From: Candidatus Acidiferrales bacterium
Lineage (GTDB): Bacteria > Acidobacteriota > Terriglobia > Acidiferrales > UBA7541
Length of the DNA stretch: 64,000 bases
Assembly (NCBI GenBank): GCA_035553255.1
Contig: DATNDJ010000032.1
Coordinates: 1,353-65,352, forward strand
Direction: 5' to 3'
The position numbers were made by a program, and so were the translations under genes. The notes below the pieces were generated by a model. That model was given only the letters and a program-made list of their open reading frames with translations, made no database searches and was not told the DNA's origin. Shown here piece after piece: positions 55,893 through 64,000 of this stretch; position 1 is the first letter of the stretch, and every line of letters begins with the position of its first letter.

Positions 55893-55958
55893 GTAGTGGG
55901 TCAGTTTGAATTTGAACTTCTTGTGTCACGATCCAGAAACTTCAAACTGACCCACTAC
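55893..55958. repeat. 18-bp perfect inverted repeat with a 30-nt spacer
   Basis: GTAGTGGGTCAGTTTGAA (55893-55910) ... TTCAAACTGACCCACTAC (55941-55958). It lies 5 nt downstream of the stop of the mqnD-like gene, in an AT-richer stretch. No U-tract on either strand. Confidence 0.8.
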
Positions 55959-55962
55959 GCGA

Positions 55963-56832
55963 TCAGGCGGCTTCCGAGAGAAACTCGATCTGGAAGGATC
56001 TCGGCACGAGGCCCGCGGCGGCGCCGCGCGCCAGCAATTCGCGGACGGCGCGGCGGCCTTCCTCGCCATAATCGAGCGTCCAGCGGTTTACGTACATGCC
56101 GACGAATTTGTCCGCGAGGACGGGGTCCATATCGCGCGCGAACTGCAGGGCGTAATCGAGGGCGGCTTCGCGATGATCGAGGGCGTAGCTGACGCTATCC
56201 CGAATCACGCGGGAGACGCGGCGGCCCAGGTCCGCGCCGAGCTTGCGGCGAATGGCATTGGCGCCGAGCGGCAGCGGAAGGCCGGTTGTCTCCTGCCACC
56301 ACAGGCCGAGGTCAACGACGCGATGCAACCCTGCCTGAGAAAAGAGCAATTGCCCTTCATGGATCAGCAGGCCCGCCTCGACTTCCTGCGCACGAACGGC
56401 ATCGAGAATTTTGTCGAACGGCATGGAGACGACTTCGACCTTAGGCTCGAAGAGCTTGAGGGCGAGATACGAGGTGGTAAGCGTGCCGGGAATGGCGATT
56501 TTGCGGCCGGCGAGTTCGGTTTTCTTTATTGGATAGGCGGAGACGACGATGGGGCCGTAGCCTTCGCCAAAGCTCGCGCCGCAATCGAGAAGCAGGTAGC
56601 GATCGGCGACAAACGCATAGCCGAAGAAGCTGACGGCGGTCACGTCGTATTTCTCCTGATGGGCCGCCTGGTTCAGGGATTCGATGTCGGAAAGAACATG
56701 GGTGAAGCGGACGCCGGGCAAACGGACTTTGCCGGTGGCCAAGGCGTAGAACATGAAGGCATCGTCGCTATCGGGCGAATGGGCGAGGCGAAGCTCAGTG
56801 GTCGGTGTGGATACGGCCGCGGTTGTGGACAT
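55963..56832 (-). CDS. MqnA/MqnD-family (futalosine-pathway menaquinone biosynthesis, periplasmic-binding-protein fold) protein, MqnD-like
   Basis: LRLAHSPDSDDAFMFYALATGKV...DIESLNQAA...DVTAVSF resembles the SPCPND-F-FYAL N-terminus of MqnD-type proteins. Confidence 0.65.
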   Translation of the reverse strand: MSTTAAVSTPTTELRLAHSPDSDDAFMFYALATGKVRLPGVRFTHVLSDIESLNQAAHQEKYDVTAVSFFGYAFVADRYLLLDCGASFGEGYGPIVVSAYPIKKTELAGRKIAIPGTLTTSYLALKLFEPKVEVVSMPFDKILDAVRAQEVEAGLLIHEGQLLFSQAGLHRVVDLGLWWQETTGLPLPLGANAIRRKLGADLGRRVSRVIRDSVSYALDHREAALDYALQFARDMDPVLADKFVGMYVNRWTLDYGEEGRRAVRELLARGAAAGLVPRSFQIEFLSEAA

Positions 56833-57134
56833 TTCGGTACCCTTCCTGTGCTCTTGGCCTAGGCTGCTGGCCTAGCCTCCAGAGACGCCTGCATGCCTGG
56901 CCGACGGAGAATGGTGCGTACGTGAGCGCCTGCCGAATCCGGGTCGTGCCGGGCAAATTCGATTGCGGGTTTGCGTCGTCCTGGTGTGAACGCTTTCGAG
57001 ACGAGCAGAGGATACCATAGGGCGGGGGCGGAGGTACAGGCGCGGAGAGCCAGGGCGCCTTAGCTCCACAATGCTGGCAGCCCTCGGCGGCAACGTGAAA
57101 ATGGTCTTCTTAATGAGGTTTGAGCCCAAGGCCA

Positions 57135-57809
57135 TCAACGAGCCGTAACTGAATTCTTTCGGTGAGGAAAAACCGCCGCTCGTTCATCAAAATGGACAGC
57201 ACTCGAGTTCCAAATGCTTTGAAGTTCTTGAAAAGAGACGATCCGCGTGCCGGGAGCAGGCCAGCTGGGGTCCATCGCGTAAAGCGATTCTTGAGGCAAC
57301 GAATATCCCGGAACGACGAATGCGTGGCCTACTCCGCCAGTACTGGTGCCAATCATCACGGGCACACCAGCGTCCAGCGAACGGCCGATTTGCGCGACGC
57401 CTTGCCGAAACCCGATGAGACTATCCGCAAAATCTACTTCATTCCAGGAATAACCCAGCCTTCGGAGGCCGGAAATTAAGTCGCGAAATAGCGTGATGGT
57501 GAAATCGTTAAAGGGCTTATTGGGCGAATACTCGCGTCCCATCGAGAGCTCTTTGATTTCGCGTGGACTGACATGGTCCCCCCAATGGTTCAGAATGATG
57601 GAGGCGGACGTGGGAACGCACAGGTTTGTCTCCTGCGCCTGGTAATGCGGGAATCCAAGCGCTGCGTCCCCGGACGTTTGGCGGGGTTAGAATTCTGCTG
57701 TTTCGCCGATGGGTTTGCGACTGCGGGAGCGCAAATTGCCGCTCTAAGGATGTATTGAAATTAAGAAGGCTGCGGATGCGAGTGCCGCGGTAGCGACTCG
57801 ATGACGCAC
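57135..57809 (-). pseudogene. Papain-like (C39-like) cysteine peptidase gene interrupted by two in-frame stop codons
   Basis: One reading frame contains all of the following. GTG 57809 with a signal-like MRHRVATAALASAAFLISIHP, then TAG (57746-57744). Next, 18 codons and TAA (57689-57687). Then FPHYQAQETNLCVPTSASIILNHWG (Gln/Cys catalytic motif). Then the 135-aa ORF-track fragment with GHAFVVPGY (catalytic His). The first ATG after the stops (57542) lies downstream of the catalytic Cys. Confidence 0.55.
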
Positions 57810-57937
57810 ACGGGCATGTTCTCATTTTGGCCAGCGAGCGACAACTTGGGCAGCTCACGGGCAACGCATGGCCGGCCGACAGGCGAAGGTTGAAACGGGC
57901 GGGAATCCCTGCTAGGTTGGCCGCGGAAGCGGGCGAG

Positions 57938-58927
<990 letters not shown>

Positions 58928-58959
58928 CGAGACCTTCCAACGAGCGAGCCGCACAAGGG

Positions 58960-60015
58960 GTGCTGATGCGATACCGGCAACTCGGCCGAACGGGATTCGC
59001 GGTGAGCGAAATCGGGCACGGCCTTTGGGGCATGAGCGGCTGGAGCGGCTCAGAGGATCGCGAATCACGCGAGGCTTTGCAGCTTTCCGCCGATTTGGGG
59101 TGCACTTTTTTCGATACGGCGTGGGCGTACGGCGAAGGGAAAAGCGACGGGCTGGCGGGCGAACTGCTGGCGCGCGAATCGCATGGGACGAATGCGCCCC
59201 GCAGGCCGTGGTGGAAGCCGAAAGCGGCGACCGCCGCGGAGCCTAGCGCGAGCGCCGCCGGCGAGAGGCGGTTGTACGTCGCGTCGAAGGTACCGCCGAA
59301 GAACCGGAAGTGGCCCTCGTCGCCGAAGGACGCTTACAAGGATGTGTTTCCGGCGCGGCACGTGCTTAAGCACGCGCGGCGGATTCGCGCGAAGCTCGGG
59401 GTGGATTCAATTGACCTGCTGCAATTTCACGTGTGGGACGACCACTGGACCGATGAGGCGGAATTTCGCGAGACGGTGGAGAAGCTGAAGGCCGACGGGC
59501 TGATTCGGCGGTTCGGGCTGAGCCTGAACCGCTGGGAGCCGGAGAACGGAATCGCGGCGCTGCGAACGGGGCTGGTGGACACGGTGCAGGTGGTCTACAA
59601 CATTTTCGACCAGGCGCCGGAGGACAAGCTCTTTCCTGCGTGCCAAGAATTGAACATCGGCGTGATTGCGCGAGTTCCCTTCGATGAGGGCAGCCTTGGG
59701 GGCAAGCTGACAGCGGAGACGAAATTTCCGGAAAGCGATTGGCGCTCGCGCTACTTCAATGCGGAGAATCTTGCGAAGACGCTGGAGCGCGTGGGACGGC
59801 TGAAGGGCATCCTGCCGGAAGGGGTGAGCCTGCCGGAACTGACCTTGCGGTTCATCCTTTCGCATCCGGCCGTGAGCACAACCATACCGGGGATGAGGAA
59901 GCCGGGACACGTGCGGCAAAACCTGGCGGCGAGCGATGCGGGCCCGCTCGATCCCGCACTGCTGCGGGAACTGCGGAATCATCGGTGGGACCGGACGCTG
60001 CATAGGGGCGGGTAG
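58960..60015 (+). CDS. Aldo/keto reductase
   Basis: MRYRQLGRTGFAVSEIGHGLWGM...FFDTAWAYGEGKSD...ASKV...LLQFHVWD. It carries an insertion of about 40 aa relative to its neighbour. Confidence 0.8.
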   Translation: MLMRYRQLGRTGFAVSEIGHGLWGMSGWSGSEDRESREALQLSADLGCTFFDTAWAYGEGKSDGLAGELLARESHGTNAPRRPWWKPKAATAAEPSASAAGERRLYVASKVPPKNRKWPSSPKDAYKDVFPARHVLKHARRIRAKLGVDSIDLLQFHVWDDHWTDEAEFRETVEKLKADGLIRRFGLSLNRWEPENGIAALRTGLVDTVQVVYNIFDQAPEDKLFPACQELNIGVIARVPFDEGSLGGKLTAETKFPESDWRSRYFNAENLAKTLERVGRLKGILPEGVSLPELTLRFILSHPAVSTTIPGMRKPGHVRQNLAASDAGPLDPALLRELRNHRWDRTLHRGG

Positions 60016-60101
60016 GCGCGCGATTCGGTGTGGCATAATACATCGAGGGTCTTTGAACGCGTTTTCACCGCCACCCCGGCCGCGAGAATGAATCTGCGAC
60101 G

Positions 60102-61157
60102 ATGAATACCAGGCGAAAAATCCGGCGCAAGCTGCTGGCCGCGCACCGCAAGCTGCGCGAGGGACGCATGCTCGCGAAGGGGCTCGCCTCGACGCGGCAT
60201 CCGCTGCTGGCGCACCTGATTCCGATCCGGCGCTGCAATCTGGCCTGCACCTACTGCAACGAATTCGACGAATTTTCGCCGCCGGTACCAACCGAGGAGA
60301 TGTTCCGGCGGGTGGACGCGCTGGGCGCGATGGGCACCGCGATCATCACGATCAGCGGCGGCGAGCCATTGCTGCATCCCGAGCTCGACGAAATTATCCG
60401 GCGCATCCGGCGCAACGGTATCATCGCCGGAATGATTACGAATGGATATCTGCTGGTGGCGGAGCGGGTGGAGCGGCTGAACCGCGCGGGACTGGAATAC
60501 CTGCAAATCAGCATAGATAACGTGCAGCCGGACGACGTGTCGAAGAAGAGCCTGAAGGTGCTGGACCGGAAGCTGGAGATTCTGGCCGAGCACGCCGATT
60601 TTCACGTGAACATCAATTCCGTGCTCGGCAGCGGGATTTGCAATCCGGAGGACGCGCTGCGGGTGGCGCGGCGCGCAATCTCGCTGGGGTTCACGTCCAC
60701 GGTGGGCATTCTGCACGACGGCAACGGGCAATTGCAGCCGCTAGGGACGCGGGAACGCGAGATTTTCGAAGAGATCATGTCGCTGGGGAAGAGATCTTTC
60801 GCGCGCGTGAACCGCTTTCAGCACAACATCGCGGCGGGGCGCACCAATGATTGGCGGTGCCGCGCGGGGTCGCGCTATCTCTATATCTGCGAGGACGGGC
60901 TGGTCCACTACTGCTCGCAGCAGCGCGGCTATCCGGGCGTTCCGCTGGCGGAATATACGGCCGAGCGGCGGCGGCAGGAATTTTTCGTGAAGAAGGAATG
61001 CGCGCCGCATTGCACCGTCTCGTGCGTTCACCAGATTTCGACGCTGGATTCGTGGCGCGGGCCGCAGCGGCAGCGGGCGAACTCCGCGGTGCCGCCGGCG
61101 CCCCCTGCCAGCGGCGTGCCGCTTGTGCGGCTGACGAGCGACGCGGCGCGGCGATAG
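60102..61157 (+). CDS. Radical SAM protein with a Cys-rich SPASM/twitch-like C-terminus
   Basis: [12 protein letters not shown] (CxxxCxxC), GGEPLL glycine motif, C-terminal [19 protein letters not shown]...CAPHCTVSC. The start may be the internal ATG at 60168. Confidence 0.7.
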   Translation: MNTRRKIRRKLLAAHRKLREGRMLAKGLASTRHPLLAHLIPIRRCNLACTYCNEFDEFSPPVPTEEMFRRVDALGAMGTAIITISGGEPLLHPELDEIIRRIRRNGIIAGMITNGYLLVAERVERLNRAGLEYLQISIDNVQPDDVSKKSLKVLDRKLEILAEHADFHVNINSVLGSGICNPEDALRVARRAISLGFTSTVGILHDGNGQLQPLGTREREIFEEIMSLGKRSFARVNRFQHNIAAGRTNDWRCRAGSRYLYICEDGLVHYCSQQRGYPGVPLAEYTAERRRQEFFVKKECAPHCTVSCVHQISTLDSWRGPQRQRANSAVPPAPPASGVPLVRLTSDAARR

Positions 61158-61252
61158 CACAGCAAAGCTCGAAACTACCGACGGCGCCGCAGGATGGAAG
61201 TTCCCGCCGGCGACGACCAAGGCCAGTCAACACCAATCAGGCGGCCACACCC

Positions 61253-63793
61253 ATGAAGCGCAAGACCGATCCTCCACGCAACGAACCGCGGCCACACGTG
61301 ACGCGAGAGCAGGTGGTGTCGCACCTGGCCACGCTGGCGCATCCCGCCAGCATTCGCGAAATCGCGCATGGAATGGGGCTGAAACACCACGGGCGGCGAT
61401 TTCTTCCGCGGATTATTCAACAGCTTAAGCGGCGCGAGGAAATCGAGGAGATTCACGGCGGGCGATATCGGCTGGCGGGCGGGAAAACAGCGCATCCTGC
61501 GGGGGCGCGTCAGGGTGCGGCACACCCAACCGGGGCGCGCGAGGAGAAGGCGGCGGGCGCGACTGCGGCGCCGAAGCGGGCGCGCGACGCGAATCTGGTG
61601 GCGGGGCGCATGGTGCTGCATCGCGACGGCTATGGCTTCCTGGTGGCGGATACGCCGATGCGCGGCGTGGAAGGCGATCTCTTCATCGGGCGCGACGGGC
61701 TGGCGGATGCGATGCACGGGGATCGGGTGCTGGCGCGGATCGAGCGACGGCGTGCGGACGGGCGGGCCGAAGGCCGCATCGTTCAGATCGTCCATCGCGA
61801 AAATGCGACGCTGGTGGGATTGTTCCGGTACGGCGAACGCGAGAATTACGTCCTGCCCTACGACATGCGGATTCCGCACGAGGTGCTGATTCCGCCCGGC
61901 GCGGAATTGACGCCTGCATTGCAGCAGAAGCTTGGCGAGGCGCAGCAGAGGCCGCCCGCTGGCCGGCGCATGCGGCTGGCGGAGCTGGATGGCGCGGTGG
62001 TGAACGTGGAGCTGACGCGCTATCCGAAGGGCGGGCTTGCTCCGGCGGGGCGGGTGGTTGAAATCGTGGGGCGGCCGGGCGAGATCGGCGTGGACGTGGA
62101 GATCATGATCCGCAAGCATCATCTGCCGCACGTGTTCGAGGATGATGCCTTGGCGGAGGCGCACGGGATCGCGCAACAGGTGAGCGAGGCGGACGTGCAG
62201 GGACGGCGCGATTTTCGCGGCGTGGCGATCGTGACGATTGACGGCGAAACGGCGCGCGATTTCGACGACGCGGTGCACGTGGCGCGCCTGCCAAACGGGC
62301 ACTACGAGCTGCAAGTGCATATTGCGGACGTGGCGCATTACGTCCGGCGCGGCTCGGCGCTGGACCGCGAGGCGCGGCTGCGCGGCACGTCCGTCTACTT
62401 CCCGAATCGCGCGGTTCCGATGCTGCCCGAAGAGCTTTCGAACGGCATCTGCTCGCTGAATCCGCATGCGGACCGGCTCGTGATGAGCGTGGTGATGGAG
62501 ATGGACGCGCAAGGGGCGATGGTGGGCGCGGCGCTGACGCCGGGCGTGATCCGTTCAGCCGAGCGCATGACGTATACCAATGTGCATAAGGTGCTGGAAG
62601 GCGACGCGGAAATGCGCGGGCGCTATGCGGCCCTGGTGAATGAGTTCGACCTGATGAAGGAGCTGGCGCTGCTGCTGAACCGGCGGCGCAACGAGCGCGG
62701 CTCGATTGATTTCGATCTGCCCGAACCGGTGATCGAATTCGACGAGGCGGGGCGGATGCTGAGCATCGTGCGGAGCGTGCGTAACATGGCGCATCGGATT
62801 ATCGAGGAGTTCATGCTGGCGGCGAACGAAGCGGTGGCGCGCTATCTGGAAAGCCGCGGCATTCTGTCGCCGCATCGCGTGCACGAAAAGCCCGATCCGC
62901 GGAAGGTGCTCGAGTTCGAGGAACTCGCGCAGGCGTTCGGCTATTCGCTGGGCGTCGAGGACCTGGCCGAGCGGCGCATCGCGGTGCGGCACGGGCAGGT
63001 GCGCGCGCCGGCACGCGAACTCCGCGGGCGCCCCGGGCGCATGCGGCCCATGAACGTGACGCTGCCGGCGAGCGAGGAAGTGGACATTCGCCCGCAGCAT
63101 TATCAGCGGCTGACGGCGAAGATTGCGGGTAAACCGGAGGAGCGCATCGTCTCGTATCTGATGCTGCGCTCGCTGAAGCAGGCGCGGTACGCGGCGGAGC
63201 CGCTGGGGCATTTCGCGCTGGCGACGCGCGAGTATACGCATTTCACGTCGCCGATTCGGCGCTACCCGGATTTGATCGTGCATCGAATCCTGCGCTGGGC
63301 GCTGGAAAATCCGGGCGCGCAGCCAGCCCGTCAAGATGCGGCGCGCGAACGCCGCGGCGATGCCGCGCCACCGGAAGCAACGCTGGGGCCGTACCGGCGT
63401 CCGGAGCTGGATGAAATCGCGTCTGAAACATCCGAAACGGAGCGCCGCGCGGATGCCGCCGAACGCGAGCTGATGGAATGGAAGACCGCGCAATTCATGG
63501 AAAGCCATCTGGGCGAGGAATACGACGCGCTGATCGTCTCCGTGCAGAAATTCGGCTTTTTCGTGGAGCTGCTGGAGATTTTTGTGGAAGGCCTGGTGAG
63601 CGTGGACCGAATCGAGGAATCCACGGGCCAGCGGTGCGTCTATCGCGACCGGGATCATTCGATCGTTCTCGATCCGCATCGCGGGGCGCGCGGCAAGCAG
63701 ACGCAGAAGGTATTCCGGCTCGGAGACCGCGTGCGCGTGCGCGCGGAGCGAATCGAACCGCTGCGCCGGCGGGTGGAGTTCGCGGTACTTTAG
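61253..63793 (+). CDS. rnr: Ribonuclease R
   Basis: From ATG 61253: winged-helix N-terminus, cold-shock-like domains, RNB domain (TIDGETARDFDDAVHV, SVYFPNRAVPMLPE, HFALATREYTHFTSPIRRYPDLIVHR), C-terminal S1 domain. The 134 codons upstream in the ORF-track call overlap the rSAM gene. Confidence 0.95.
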   Translation: MKRKTDPPRNEPRPHVTREQVVSHLATLAHPASIREIAHGMGLKHHGRRFLPRIIQQLKRREEIEEIHGGRYRLAGGKTAHPAGARQGAAHPTGAREEKAAGATAAPKRARDANLVAGRMVLHRDGYGFLVADTPMRGVEGDLFIGRDGLADAMHGDRVLARIERRRADGRAEGRIVQIVHRENATLVGLFRYGERENYVLPYDMRIPHEVLIPPGAELTPALQQKLGEAQQRPPAGRRMRLAELDGAVVNVELTRYPKGGLAPAGRVVEIVGRPGEIGVDVEIMIRKHHLPHVFEDDALAEAHGIAQQVSEADVQGRRDFRGVAIVTIDGETARDFDDAVHVARLPNGHYELQVHIADVAHYVRRGSALDREARLRGTSVYFPNRAVPMLPEELSNGICSLNPHADRLVMSVVMEMDAQGAMVGAALTPGVIRSAERMTYTNVHKVLEGDAEMRGRYAALVNEFDLMKELALLLNRRRNERGSIDFDLPEPVIEFDEAGRMLSIVRSVRNMAHRIIEEFMLAANEAVARYLESRGILSPHRVHEKPDPRKVLEFEELAQAFGYSLGVEDLAERRIAVRHGQVRAPARELRGRPGRMRPMNVTLPASEEVDIRPQHYQRLTAKIAGKPEERIVSYLMLRSLKQARYAAEPLGHFALATREYTHFTSPIRRYPDLIVHRILRWALENPGAQPARQDAARERRGDAAPPEATLGPYRRPELDEIASETSETERRADAAERELMEWKTAQFMESHLGEEYDALIVSVQKFGFFVELLEIFVEGLVSVDRIEESTGQRCVYRDRDHSIVLDPHRGARGKQTQKVFRLGDRVRVRAERIEPLRRRVEFAVL

Positions 63794-63902
63794 CGGATTC
63801 GTAGCTGCAGCGGCATTCCCTAATAGGTTCCTTCGCCTCTTTCTGATTGACACATGATACAATCCGCGGACCCCTTGGGACGGGGTTCCCTCTCTTATTA
63901 CC

Positions 63903-64000
63903 ATGAACCGTTATGCGTTTTTGGTAGGAAAACGTGTGGAGGCACACTATCGCACCGGAGAGATTCATCTCTCCGCGGCGGGGATTCTCGTCTCCGACAC
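63903..64000 (+). CDS. 5' end of an unidentified gene (runs off the window)
   Basis: ATG 63903 opens MNRYAFLVGKRVEAHYRTGEIHLSAAGILVSD, with no stop before the window end. No family assignable. Confidence 0.3.
   Translation, partial: MNRYAFLVGKRVEAHYRTGEIHLSAAGILVSD

Noticed and set aside
56872-57138. 88-aa minus-strand ORF downstream of the peptidase fragment, overlapping it with ATGA
   Set aside because: The translation is Arg/Pro/Ser-rich with no features. It lies in the decayed, AT-richer peptidase region and has no support as a gene.
61194-61256. 20-codon ORF (MEVPAGDDQGQSTPIRRPHP) between the radical SAM gene and rnr, whose TGA overlaps the rnr ATG. Considered as a RiPP precursor or uORF.
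   Set aside because: It has no Shine-Dalgarno and no Cys/Ser/Thr-rich core typical of rSAM-modified peptides, and its composition looks like translated GC-rich spacer. Probably a chance ORF.

Overview
High-GC bacterial chromosomal window. The gene content (futalosine-type MqnD-like gene, AmmeMemoRadiSam protein B, several PilZ and aldo/keto reductase genes) fits an Acidobacteriota-like soil bacterium, but the taxon is inference only. I can support about 65 protein-coding genes and one tRNA-Pro(GGG). I saw no rRNA, CRISPR array, transposase or integrase. Layout: (1) 0-5.9 kb: yvcK-like gene, rplS, hybrid histidine kinase, MerR, tRNA-Pro, surE. (2) 6.0-12.5 kb: porin plus urtABCDE urea-type ABC transporter. 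(3) 12.5-21.4 kb, minus strand: B12-radical-SAM gene, then a tightly packed hisI-G-D-C-B-H-F-A-panE operon. (4) 21.9-46.5 kb: housekeeping and accessory genes (ctp, yibQ-like, UvrC-N-like, MFS, AKR, PilZ pair, rsmD, recG, MEMO-like, recQ, acyl-CoA mutase, maf, tatA, selB, ddl, arginase). (5) 46.6-49.7 kb: visibly AT-richer islet with a C-protein-controlled type II restriction-modification system and a solitary HicB-like gene. (6) 49.7-64 kb: asnS, metH, mqnD-like gene, a decayed cysteine-peptidase gene, two AKRs, a radical SAM/SPASM-like gene, rnr. The most interesting signal is outside the ORF track. Upstream of hisI lies a 24-codon ORF with 8 His in 9 consecutive codons, then a four-segment alternative-pairing region and a strong intrinsic terminator. 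This is a complete ribosome-mediated histidine attenuator. All calls come from reading the sequence and translations by eye. No database search or folding program was run.
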